DNA of 64,000 bases from Candidatus Eiseniibacteriota bacterium. GTDB lineage: Bacteria; Eisenbacteria; RBG-16-71-46; JABDJR01. The translations under genes were made by a program, and so were the position numbers. Location: NCBI GenBank assembly GCA_963783375.1, contig CAWANH010000028.1, positions 800,001-864,000 of the forward strand, read 5' to 3'. Positions within the stretch are counted from its first letter, which is position 1; every line of letters begins with the position of its first letter. Below the pieces are notes generated by a model. That model was not told the DNA's origin. It saw only the letters and a list, made by a program, of their open reading frames with translations, and made no database searches. Below, in pieces: positions 10,365 through 19,047 of the stretch.

Positions 10365-11536
10365 CGGGTCGTCTCCTCACTCGCGGGGGCGGCCGAACCC
10401 GAATTCGTCACGAGCTTCCCATCCAGCTTGTGGAAGAGCACCTTGATCCCCTCGCGGAGCCGGTTGGCCCCGAACACCACCACCACCTCGCCGGCCTGGA
10501 GCCCGTCGGTCACCTGGGCCCGGTCCTCGGCGATCGCGCCCAGGCGCACGCTCCGGCGCCGTGCCTTCCCGTCCACCACCACGAACACCTCCTGATCGCT
10601 TCCCGGGACCACCTCCTGCTCCCCGAGGAGCGCGGCCCGCGGCACGGTGAGGGCGTCGTTCAGGCGGCGGGTCGCCACCGAGAGGGTCACGAACTGTCCG
10701 GGCCGAAGCACCAGATTCCGGTTGGCCAGCACCGCCTCCACCTCGTAGAGCCGGCTGGCCGGGTCCGCGCCCAGCGCCACCCGCCGGATCCGCCCCTCCC
10801 CCACCGTCACGTCGGGAGAAGTGAGGGGGTCGGTTCCGGCGGCGAACCCGGGACCCAGGTCGAGATTCGCCCGGGCCCGGGATCCCTTGGCGATGTCCCG
10901 GGCCGCGTCCGAGGAGACCTCGGCGACGACGCGCACCGAGTCCAGGGCGGCCACCTGGGCCACGGTCTGGCCGGCGACCACCGACTGCCCCGGAGTCACG
11001 CCGACCAGGGTCACCACCCCGTCGATGGGCGAACGCTCTTCCACCTGGAGCCGGGCGTCGCGCAGGTTGGCCTCCGCCACCTGGAGCTGGGTCCGCGCGT
11101 TGTCGAGATCGCTCTCCGAGACCGCTCCCTTCTCGAAAAGCGGCTCCAGGCGGTCCACCTGCCGCTTGGCGTTGTCGAAGGAGGCCTGGCTCTGTTGGAG
11201 CCGCGCCGCCATGTCGGGGGCGGTGTGGACGTCGTAGTCGAGGAGCCGGTCGCCGCGGGAGACGCTCTGCCCCTCCCGGACGTAGACGCTCTTCACCTTG
11301 TGGTCGGCGCGGGCGGAAACGTTGGTCTGCTCCCAGCCCTCCACCTCGCCGCTCACCTCGCGGGTCACGGTCAGGGTGTCGAGGCGGGCGGTGACCGCGT
11401 CCACCGGGACTCCCTCCTCGGCCTGGATCTCCTCGATCCCCCGGGCCGGTTGCTTCTCCCCCCGGGAGGTGATCCGAAGCGCCACCATCGCCACCAGGGC
11501 GGCCACCACCGCCAATCCGATCACCAGCTTCCTCAT
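10361..11536 (-). CDS. RND periplasmic adaptor subunit
   Basis: N-terminal TM, V.EG..V..GD.L, SPIDGVV, LRPGQF. Confidence 0.92.
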   Translation of the reverse strand: MRKLVIGLAVVAALVAMVALRITSRGEKQPARGIEEIQAEEGVPVDAVTARLDTLTVTREVSGEVEGWEQTNVSARADHKVKSVYVREGQSVSRGDRLLDYDVHTAPDMAARLQQSQASFDNAKRQVDRLEPLFEKGAVSESDLDNARTQLQVAEANLRDARLQVEERSPIDGVVTLVGVTPGQSVVAGQTVAQVAALDSVRVVAEVSSDAARDIAKGSRARANLDLGPGFAAGTDPLTSPDVTVGEGRIRRVALGADPASRLYEVEAVLANRNLVLRPGQFVTLSVATRRLNDALTVPRAALLGEQEVVPGSDQEVFVVVDGKARRRSVRLGAIAEDRAQVTDGLQAGEVVVVFGANRLREGIKVLFHKLDGKLVTNSGSAAPASEETTR

Positions 11537-12945
11537 CGGTCACCTCCCTCGGGCTCCAGGGTCGGGCCCCGGCCCAGGGTATGTTCGAGCTCGGCCAACG
11601 CCACCTCGTAGCGATACAGGGTTTCCTTCTCCGAGAGACGCGCCTGGGTCAGCGCCAGGTCCGCGTCCAGGACCTCGAGCTGGGTCGAGAGTCCGCTGGA
11701 ATAGCGCACCTGGGCGATCGCGTAGGCCTCTTCGGCCAGCTTCACCCCCTGGCGCACCGCCGGGATCTCCTCCTCGGCGGCGCGGAGATCCGCCCACCGG
11801 CTCCGCGCCTCCAGGCGGATCGACTCCTCGATCTGGTGCACGGTGATGCGGGCCTTCTCCGCCGACGCCCGCGCCTGGTGGGTGAGCGCCCGGTTCTGCC
11901 AGCCGTCGACGATCGGCCAGGTGAGGGTGAGGCCGACCGCCGCCGACTGCGCGGTCTCCTTGTCCCCCGGGATGAGCCCCTGGGAGCTTTGCCCCTGCCA
12001 GGTGTAGTTCCCATCCAGGTAGAGGAGCGGCAGGTCGTTGGCCCCCTGGGCGTCGGCCTGGTGCCCGGCCGCTTTGGCCTCCATCCGCGCCGCGGCGAGG
12101 GCGTCGCGTTGGTCGAGCGCCTCCTCCACCGCCTGCTCCCGGGTCACGGTGAAGGGGACGTAGCGCAGGGTGTCGCTCAGGGCCACCGGCCGGTCCAGGG
12201 GGAGCCCGGCGGCGCGCTTCAGGTTCTCCAGGGCGATGGCCGCATGGTTCCGCGCGCGGGTCACCGCCGGCTGGCGGCTCGCCACCTCGACCTGGGCCCG
12301 GAGGAGATCGAACCGGGGGGACACTCCCTTGTCCACCCGCGCCTGGATCTCGTCCCGCCGGCGCTCGGCCTGGGCCAGGGACTCCTCGGTGATTCCAACC
12401 TGGGCTTCGGCGAGGAGCGCGCCGTAATAGGCCCCGCGCACCTGGAGATTCACGCTGGAGGCCACGGCGTTCCCGGAGTACCGGGCGGCGACCGCCCGAT
12501 CCTTGGAGGCCTGGTAGGCCGCCCCCACCCGGCCCGAGCTGTAGAGGGGCTGCCGCAGCGACAGGGTGGCCGAGTACGCGTTGTCCTCGCCGATGGTGAT
12601 CGACTGCGACGCTCCGCTCGAGTCGGGGAAGAAGATCACCGGCTTCTTGAGGTTCCGGTTGTAGGAGGCGTCGAAGTTGACCTTGGGGAGGGCGTTGGAG
12701 AGGACCACGCCCTTCTGGGCCTGGGCGATCTTCACGTCCTCGCGGGCCAGGGCCGCGGTCTCGCCCTGGCGAAGGGCGTAGCGCACCGCGTCGTCCACCG
12801 AAAGGCGGAGGGTGTCCGCGGAGGCCGCGCCTTTCCGGGCGTCGGGGGCGGGCGTGGATCCCGCGTCCGATTGGGCCCCGGCCGCCCCGGCGCCGATGAG
12901 CGTCCCCACCAGGACCGTCATGAGTTCGATTCGGAATCGTTTCAC
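11533..12945 (-). CDS. TolC-family outer membrane efflux protein
   Basis: GTG start overlapping the TetR stop; signal peptide; RY..GLSTQLEVLDA repeat motif. Confidence 0.9.
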   Translation of the reverse strand: MKRFRIELMTVLVGTLIGAGAAGAQSDAGSTPAPDARKGAASADTLRLSVDDAVRYALRQGETAALAREDVKIAQAQKGVVLSNALPKVNFDASYNRNLKKPVIFFPDSSGASQSITIGEDNAYSATLSLRQPLYSSGRVGAAYQASKDRAVAARYSGNAVASSVNLQVRGAYYGALLAEAQVGITEESLAQAERRRDEIQARVDKGVSPRFDLLRAQVEVASRQPAVTRARNHAAIALENLKRAAGLPLDRPVALSDTLRYVPFTVTREQAVEEALDQRDALAAARMEAKAAGHQADAQGANDLPLLYLDGNYTWQGQSSQGLIPGDKETAQSAAVGLTLTWPIVDGWQNRALTHQARASAEKARITVHQIEESIRLEARSRWADLRAAEEEIPAVRQGVKLAEEAYAIAQVRYSSGLSTQLEVLDADLALTQARLSEKETLYRYEVALAELEHTLGRGPTLEPEGGDR

Positions 12946-13634
12946 GGTTTGCGTCTCCGCGAGGCGGCACCCACCGCGATGCCGTCCCAAAGAATTCTCC
13001 GGATCACCGGAGCCCGCTTTCGCACGTCTCCCCGGAACCCGGACACCACCCAGCGGGCAATGAAGCCGTTCACCAGGTCCCGGAAGGCGGTCAGGAGATC
13101 GTCGGGGTCGAGATCCACCAGGTCGCCCTGGCGAATTCCATCCACGAAGAGCGCCCGCGTCTTCCGGTCCAACGACCGCTTGAACCGCAGGCTCCGCTTC
13201 GAGAATCGGGCCTCGATCCGGACGTTCACCCCCTCGGTCTCGTTCAGATAGATCTGGAAGAACCGGCGGTGCCGGTCCACGAAGGCCAGCGCGGTGTCGA
13301 TGAGGCCGTCCAGTTGCTCCAGCGCCGGGCGCGAAGCCAGGGCGGTCAGGGTGGCGTCCACCGCCCGTTCCATTTCCTCGCCTTCCCGGTCGATGACCGC
13401 CTCGTACAGGGTGCGCTTGTTCCCGATCAGGTTGTAGATGTGCCCCACGCTCACCCGTGCCGCGGCGGCCACGTCGTGGACCGAGGTTGCCTCGAACCCG
13501 CGCTCCGCGAAGATCGCCAGGGCCGCGTCCAGGATCTCCTGACCCTCTCGCTCCCGCGCCTCGGCGCGGCGGGATCCGGTGCTCTTCCTGGCGGCATTGG
13601 GGCTCAACGGGGGCTCCCGTGAATAAGGGTTCAT
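12942..13634 (-). CDS. TetR/AcrR family transcriptional regulator (start may be TTG at about 13607)
   Basis: ILDAALAIFAERGFEATSVHDVA...IYNLIGNK HTH. Confidence 0.9.
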   Translation of the reverse strand: MNPYSREPPLSPNAARKSTGSRRAEAREREGQEILDAALAIFAERGFEATSVHDVAAAARVSVGHIYNLIGNKRTLYEAVIDREGEEMERAVDATLTALASRPALEQLDGLIDTALAFVDRHRRFFQIYLNETEGVNVRIEARFSKRSLRFKRSLDRKTRALFVDGIRQGDLVDLDPDDLLTAFRDLVNGFIARWVVSGFRGDVRKRAPVIRRILWDGIAVGAASRRRKP

Positions 13635-13683
13635 TCCATGAACAAGGGTTCACAATTCTAGGTGGAGGGTGGGGGCGGGTCAA
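13625..13683 (-). promoter_or_regulatory. Sigma70 promoter and probable TetR operator for the efflux operon
   Basis: Minus strand TTGACC-N17-TAGAAT (13683-13655); palindrome GTTCAT-TCC-ATGAAC at 13629-13643; AAGGGTTCA occurs twice. Confidence 0.65.
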
Positions 13684-13744
13684 GCCCGGAAGTGGGAGGG
13701 GGGCCGGGGGGAGCCTGGCGGCTCGGTCCCGGGACAGACCGCGC

Positions 13745-14053
13745 CAAAAAGCACGAGGCCCGGGTGTGGAGGAGGACCACCCGGGCCTCGCTTCGGGCCC
13801 CGCGTAGCAACGCGACTCGGACTCAAGAATTGGCGACCGGCCGTCGGACCTCAGGGGCGCTGTCAGGGAACACGGTGTCTCAATGTCCGGTCGCCAAACC
13901 GGTTTGCCCTGGATGGGGAACGGCCGCCCGCCGTAGCGATCCGAGAGGCCTTGCGAGGAGGAGGAGGGGGACTGGAGAGGGCTCGGTCCCACGTTCCGCT
14001 CCGACGGGCGTTCCGCTTGCGCCTTTCGGCGCTTCCCCTGCGAGGGCGTACGC
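13745..14053 (-). ncRNA. Putative sigma54-dependent structured ncRNA (~310 nt), family not recognised
   Basis: Bounded by a sigma54 promoter and a terminator; several stems; no credible ORF. Confidence 0.55.
13746..13790 (-). terminator. Intrinsic terminator of the putative ncRNA
   Basis: 13-bp stem CGAGGCCCGGGTG/CACCCGGGCCTCG, loop GTCCTCCTCCA, followed by TGCTTTTT. Confidence 0.75.
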
Positions 14054-14064
14054 CCAATGGATAG

Positions 14065-14122
14065 AGCAGGAGTCGTGCCAGGAGATTTTCGGGGCCGTCT
14101 CGGAACGCTTAACATGTTGATT
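14065..14122 (-). promoter_or_regulatory. Sigma54 (-24/-12) promoter with IHF site
   Basis: TGGCACGACTCCTGCT at 14080-14065; AATCAACATGTTA (exact WATCAANNNNTTR) at 14122-14110. Confidence 0.75.
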
Positions 14123-14424
14123 TATTGTGGGTTGAGTCGGCAGCGCGACGATCGCCCCTCCGAGGCCGGCTCCGCACTCCCCGGGGGAAAACCCCGCGGG
14201 TTGGGGGGCGGAGCACCCAAACCGGGCCCCCGGCCGGGGTAACCGATTGGCCAGAAATGGGTTTGATGGGTGGCGGAGATCAGCCGGAGTGAGTGGGCCT
14301 TGCCCCACGCGGCTGATTTGAGCCGGTGAGGGGAGCCGGGAGTCCGGGGAAGCCGTGGAGCGGGGGCCACTTCAGGGGGGGGACGCGGCGCTCCGGGGAC
14401 TCGCCCGGCCGGCGCCGATCCGGC

Positions 14425-15423
14425 CTACTTCCCCCCGGCGCCCTCGATCAGGCTGTGGTACATGGCGACCACCGAGCCCTCGAAACCGACTTCCACCCCG
14501 GGATGGGCCTTTCGCCAGGCATCGAAGGCCCGCTCCGAAACGAAGAGTCCGTCGCTCGAGCCGGGAGGGGCGAGATCGGCGGCCCAGGCGTTCCCGGGCT
14601 TTCCGCGCCGGAGCTGGCCCCCGGCGAGCTGCATGGCGACCAGGCGGCCGGTCTGCGCGCAGGGCCCGCTCAAGACGAAGGTGGCCGCGGAGAGCGGCGG
14701 CTTGAGGGACTCCAGCGCGGCTCGGAGGTCGACGAAGTCCCGGACCGGCTTGTCCTCCTCGCGGAGGCTCACGAACTGGAGGGCGGGGCTTCCGGCGATG
14801 GCCGGGTCGGCTACGCGATAGATGGTGGAATCCGCCGGGCCGCTCGTCGCGACCCAGCCGGCCGAGGCCAGCGCGTCGAGGGCGGTCTGGATCAGCTCGT
14901 CCGGGACTCCCAGGTCGTCGCTCAGGGCGCCCGCGCTCCGGGGCCCGGCCTTCCCGCCGGCCAGGGCGGCCAGGGTCGCCTTCTCCGTGGAACTCAGGAC
15001 CACCGCGGCCACCGGGAAGAACCGCGCGGAGCCCATCCGCCAGCCGGGGTGGGCGAGGAACTGCTCGCCCAGGGCCAGCCGGTCCCCGATCGACATGTCC
15101 CGGCCGGTGGGGGTGAGCTGGACGTTGGGGAGCCGGGTGGGGGACTTGGCCGCGGGGTAGATCCAGAGCCGGACCAGCTCCTCGCACACCGTGGAATCGC
15201 GGAAACCGAGGGCCCCCCACTGGGCGCGCACGTTGTCGATGAACGGATCGTCGGGCCAGGCCGGCCCCAGGCTGTCCGGCGACACGCCGGCCACCGCCTC
15301 CCGGTAGAGCGCGGGATGGGCCATCGCCACTTCCTTCGGTCCCTTCTCCCGGGGTCGGAGCACCAGGACCAGGGCCACCACCACCACGACGATCAACGCG
15401 ACGACCAGGCCGATACGTTTCAT
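14425..15423 (-). CDS. Membrane-anchored protein with winged-helix and MerB-like C-terminal region
   Basis: N-terminal hydrophobic anchor; wHTH-like segment; SGPCAQTG and F.SERAFDAWRKAHPG resemble MerB. Confidence 0.55.
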   Translation of the reverse strand: MKRIGLVVALIVVVVVALVLVLRPREKGPKEVAMAHPALYREAVAGVSPDSLGPAWPDDPFIDNVRAQWGALGFRDSTVCEELVRLWIYPAAKSPTRLPNVQLTPTGRDMSIGDRLALGEQFLAHPGWRMGSARFFPVAAVVLSSTEKATLAALAGGKAGPRSAGALSDDLGVPDELIQTALDALASAGWVATSGPADSTIYRVADPAIAGSPALQFVSLREEDKPVRDFVDLRAALESLKPPLSAATFVLSGPCAQTGRLVAMQLAGGQLRRGKPGNAWAADLAPPGSSDGLFVSERAFDAWRKAHPGVEVGFEGSVVAMYHSLIEGAGGK

Positions 15424-15523
15424 GGGGCGGGAGCTTAGACGAATCCCGGGGCGGTGTCACGAGGGCGCGCGGAGCTCGGGGGAGGCGACGGGCCGCGGAA
15501 CCGGCGGTATGCTCCGCCCCGTC

Positions 15524-16096
15524 ATGCACGATCCCCGCGACGACGATGCGTTGATGGCCGCCACCGCGGCGGGCGACGAGGCCGCGTTCCGGACGCTGGT
15601 GGAGCGGTGGGAGCGCCGGGTGTCGGCGTTCCTCTTCCGGAGCCTCGGCTCGCCCGAGGACGCGGCGGACCTGGCCCAGGAGACGTTTCTCCGTCTCTAT
15701 CGCGCGGCCCCCGGCTACTCGGCGCGGGGGCGGTTCGCCCCGTTCCTGTTCCGGATCGCGGGGAACCTGGCCCGAAACGAGATCCGCCGCCGTGCGGTGC
15801 GCCGGTTCCTCTCGTTCGGCGGGGGATCCGAGGAGTCGGCCGAGGCGGCGGTGGACCGGATCGAGGGGCCGCCCGGGGACCGGCCGGACGAGGCGCTGGA
15901 TCGGGCGGAGGAGGTGGAGCGGGTGCGCCGGGCGCTCCTCGCCCTCCCCGAGCGGCAGCGGGTGGCGGTGGCGCTCAAGCGCTTCGAGGGGATGAGCCAG
16001 GACGAGGTGGCCGAGGCCATGGGGATCTCGGTCAAGGCGGTGGAGTCGCTCCTGGTGCGGGCCACCGCGGCGCTCCGGAAGCGGCTGGGGGGGTAG
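15524..16096 (+). CDS. ECF RNA polymerase sigma factor
   Basis: DAADLAQETFLRLY (region 2); LPERQRVAVAL...EVAEAMGISVKAVESLL.RA (region 4). Confidence 0.92.
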   Translation: MHDPRDDDALMAATAAGDEAAFRTLVERWERRVSAFLFRSLGSPEDAADLAQETFLRLYRAAPGYSARGRFAPFLFRIAGNLARNEIRRRAVRRFLSFGGGSEESAEAAVDRIEGPPGDRPDEALDRAEEVERVRRALLALPERQRVAVALKRFEGMSQDEVAEAMGISVKAVESLLVRATAALRKRLGG

Positions 16097-16274
16097 CCCG
16101 GATCCCCGACCGCCGATCATCCAATCGATGGAAACTCAACAGGTTGACCTTGCCCTGCCACCGCCGCCGGCGGCAGATTCAGATTCCCCCGCAGGATTTT
16201 CGCCGCTTCCGGGTTCTGTTGAGTGAAGCGGCCGCCACCCGGGCGGCCGTCCCCAACTCCGAGAGGAACCCGCG

Positions 16275-16790
16275 ATGCGACACCTCGACGACACCCTCGC
16301 CGCCCGGATGGCCCTGAACGAGGCCTCGGCGGACGAACAGAAGTGGGTGGAGGGGCACGTCCCCGGGTGCGAGCGGTGCCGCCGGCTCGTCGAACAGACG
16401 CAACAGGCATGGAACCAGCTCAAGGCCGATCCCGCCGATCTCCTCGAAGACCTTCCGATTTGGCCCGGGGTGGCCGCCGCTCTCGACGCTCAGCAGCAGC
16501 CCGCGTCGGGGCGGGCCGCCCCGGTCCTTCGTCCCCGCTGGCGGACCGCGGTGGCCGAGGCGCGGCGCCGGCCGCTCGCCTATGCCGCGCTCCTCCTGGT
16601 GACCGCGAGCCTGGTGGGCGGGAACCTGGCCGGCCGCGTCCTCTGGACCGCGCCCGCCGCGTCCGCCCGGACCGAGGAGCTTTCCGATTACACGACCCTG
16701 AGCGGCCTTCCCGAGGGGTCCCTGTCCGCCATCTACCTGGCCCCCGATCTCGCGGCCACCAACGGGACCGGCGGGGAGACCGGGCCGTGA
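16275..16790 (+). CDS. Zinc-finger (HxxxCxxC) transmembrane anti-sigma factor
   Basis: HVPGCERC plus one TM; follows the ECF sigma gene. Confidence 0.8.
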   Translation: MRHLDDTLAARMALNEASADEQKWVEGHVPGCERCRRLVEQTQQAWNQLKADPADLLEDLPIWPGVAAALDAQQQPASGRAAPVLRPRWRTAVAEARRRPLAYAALLLVTASLVGGNLAGRVLWTAPAASARTEELSDYTTLSGLPEGSLSAIYLAPDLAATNGTGGETGP

Positions 16791-17356
16791 AGCGCTGGGC
16801 CTGGATCCTTCTCGCGGTCTCCCTGGCCTTGAACGTGGGGCTTCTCTCCGCCGCCGCCGTCCACCTGGCCGACATGAAGCGCGACCAGGCGCGGCGATCG
16901 GCGGGGTTCGGGATCCACGCCGAGCGCGGTGGGGCCGAGCGCGGCGCGCGACCGGGCCGGGGGCGCGGGATGGGCATGGGTTCCGAGAACCCGAACGCCG
17001 ATCTCCTCCGCCACTGGCCGGAGCGGCGCATCCGGCGTCTCACCGCCGCCCTGGATCTCACCCCCGAGCAGCAGGCGCGGCTCCGCGCTTCCCTGGGTGA
17101 ACTCCAGGGCGGTATCCGCGGCCAGGCCGGGGAACTCATGCGGGAGCGGATGGCGCTCCACCGGGCGCTCATGTCGGGGGCGGTGGAGGACTCGGTGGTG
17201 CACCGGCGGGCCAAGCTCGTGGGGAGCTGCCAGGCGCGCCTGGACAGCCTGGCCGCCGAGGCCATGGTGCGGGAGATGGCGGTGCTCACCCCCTCCCAGC
17301 GCGAGCGCTATCAACAACTTCAAGCGGGGCCGAATGGTGAAGCGGAACCGAGGTAG
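16787..17356 (+). CDS. Periplasmic heavy-metal sensor / Spy-CpxP-like protein
   Basis: GTGA overlap; VSLALNVG; LDLTPEQ and LTPSQR motifs. Confidence 0.8.
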   Translation: MKRWAWILLAVSLALNVGLLSAAAVHLADMKRDQARRSAGFGIHAERGGAERGARPGRGRGMGMGSENPNADLLRHWPERRIRRLTAALDLTPEQQARLRASLGELQGGIRGQAGELMRERMALHRALMSGAVEDSVVHRRAKLVGSCQARLDSLAAEAMVREMAVLTPSQRERYQQLQAGPNGEAEPR

Positions 17357-17431
17357 GACCTTGGACCGCGGGGAAGCTCCCGCGCCGAAACGAACAGGAC
17401 GGCGCGGGACCGAACGAAAAGGAGTCAGATC

Positions 17432-18217
17432 ATGAAGCAGCAAATCAACCGGAGGGTCTGGACGGCGGCCGCGGTGGCCCTGGCCCTCGGTGTCACCTTC
17501 GCCGCGGTGGGCCAGGCCCAGACCACCCGCGGCCGCGGGCGCACCCAGAACGCGCCCCGGATGGAGAAGCAGAAGGCCCCGCGCCCGATGCTCGCCGACA
17601 AGCTGAAGCTCTCGGATGCCCAGAAGGAACAGCTCGGGGAGCTTCGGACCCAGGCCCGCGAGGACGCGATCCTCCGCCGGGGGAAGATGGCCGACCTGCG
17701 CGCCCAGATGAAGGTCGAGTTCATGAAGGACACGGTGGACAAGGCCAAGGTGCGCTCGCTGGAGAAGGACATCCGGGCGCTTCGGGACGAGGGGTCCTCG
17801 GCCCGGCTCGAGCACCGGCTCTCCATGCTCGACGTCTTCACCGCCGACCAGCGGAAGGAGCTCAAGAAGCTCCGCTCCGAGGCGCCGGGACGAATGGGGA
17901 TGCAGGGCCGGGGGATGATGGGCCGGCATGGCCGGGGGATGATGCGCGGGCGCGGACACGGCATGGGTCAGGGACCGATGATGCACCCGGGAATGGGGTG
18001 CGGCCGCGGCATGCAGCAGGGTTGGGGACAGGGTGTGCGCCAGGGTCCCGGACCGGGCATGCATCCGGGTCGGGGGATGCGGCGGAACTCGCGCCCCGAC
18101 GACTCCGACGGCACGATGATGGGTCCGGGCTGCCCCCTGGTGGGCCCGGAACTGGGCGTGCTCACGGATGACGGGTTCGGACCGGTCGGCTGCGCTGTCG
18201 CGTCGAACGGTCGGTAG
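17432..18217 (+). CDS. Spy/CpxP family periplasmic protein with Gly/Met-rich tail
   Basis: AGGAG RBS, signal peptide, LKLSDAQ and FTADQR motifs. Confidence 0.82.
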   Translation: MKQQINRRVWTAAAVALALGVTFAAVGQAQTTRGRGRTQNAPRMEKQKAPRPMLADKLKLSDAQKEQLGELRTQAREDAILRRGKMADLRAQMKVEFMKDTVDKAKVRSLEKDIRALRDEGSSARLEHRLSMLDVFTADQRKELKKLRSEAPGRMGMQGRGMMGRHGRGMMRGRGHGMGQGPMMHPGMGCGRGMQQGWGQGVRQGPGPGMHPGRGMRRNSRPDDSDGTMMGPGCPLVGPELGVLTDDGFGPVGCAVASNGR

Positions 18218-18364
18218 CCGCGACGCGGGCGGGAAGGAACTCCATCGGAGGCTCTCCCCGTCCGTATCCGGTGATTGGATCGGCTGGAACGGGCCGGCTC
18301 CCCTCGAGGGGCCGGCCGGTTTCGTGACCGGTGGCGTCGGGGTCCCGGCACCGCCGCGGTCCCG

Positions 18365-18661
18365 TCACCCCCGGGGTTTCAGCGTCACCAGGGTCGCTCC
18401 CCAGCTCCCGCCGGTCGCATCGGCCAGTCGGTAGGAGGCGACCTCGGGGAGGCGGGAGAGCACCGCGTGCACGGTGCGGCGGAGGGCGCCGGTACCCTTC
18501 CCGTGGATCACCCGCACCTCCAGGATCCCCGCCTCGCGGCAGGCGCGCAGGTACTCCGGGACCAGGTCCTTCACCTCCCGCGGGTGAAAGGTGTGGAGAT
18601 CCAGGACGCCGTCGATCGGGACCTCGATGGGATCGGGCTCGTCGGGACCGCGCTCATTCAT
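18365..18661 (-). CDS. Smr/MutS2-domain protein
   Basis: LDLHTF, IHGKGTGALR, GSWGAT. Confidence 0.88.
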   Translation of the reverse strand: MNERGPDEPDPIEVPIDGVLDLHTFHPREVKDLVPEYLRACREAGILEVRVIHGKGTGALRRTVHAVLSRLPEVASYRLADATGGSWGATLVTLKPRG

Positions 18662-18669
18662 GGTGGACC

Positions 18670-18942
18670 TCAGCCGCGCCCCAGAAGATAGAACACCCCG
18701 ATGGACACGAAGACGAGGCCCGCCCCCCGCTTGATCCAGATCTCGGGAACGACCCGGGTCAGCGCGTCTCCGACCAGCACCGCGATGGCCGAGGTGGCGG
18801 CCAGGGCGAGCGCGGCGCCGAGGAAGACCGCCCAACGCGAGCGGGCGCTGGCGGCGAGGCCGAAGGTGGCGAGCTGGGTCTTGTCCCCCAGCTCGGCCAG
18901 GAAGATGATGCCGAAAGTCGAAACGAACAGTCTCCAGTCCAT
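18670..18942 (-). CDS. TMEM165/GDT1 (UPF0016) family half-transporter
   Basis: AELGDKTQ signature. Confidence 0.9.
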   Translation of the reverse strand: MDWRLFVSTFGIIFLAELGDKTQLATFGLAASARSRWAVFLGAALALAATSAIAVLVGDALTRVVPEIWIKRGAGLVFVSIGVFYLLGRG

Positions 18943-19047
18943 CCGGTTCCTTTCTCGGGGTGATTCTCACCAGGACACGTCGGCCGCGGCGCGGGTCACG
19001 GCCTTGGGAGCCGGTGCGGGCGCCCGGGAGGCCGCCCGCGAAACCGG

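Noticed and set aside
7135-13251. Long alternative-frame and antisense ORFs (e.g. 7203-10595 +), and similar ones throughout the window
   Set aside because: Shadow ORFs of high-GC genes: no family motifs and fully overlapping well-supported CDSs.
13880-13912. c-di-GMP-I riboswitch-like GGGCAAACC on the minus strand
   Set aside because: Lacks the GNRA-capped stem and the following GACGCAAAG; the adjacent bases form a different 11-bp stem.
14044-14080. tRNA-like 'CAATGGATAGAGCA' D-arm sequence on the + strand
   Set aside because: No anticodon arm, TTC T-loop or acceptor stem follows; the sequence is explained by the minus-strand sigma54 promoter.
12946-14115. N-terminal extension of the 860-aa TolC ORF
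   Set aside because: It overlaps tetR, its promoter and a terminator; the signal peptide begins at GTG 12945.
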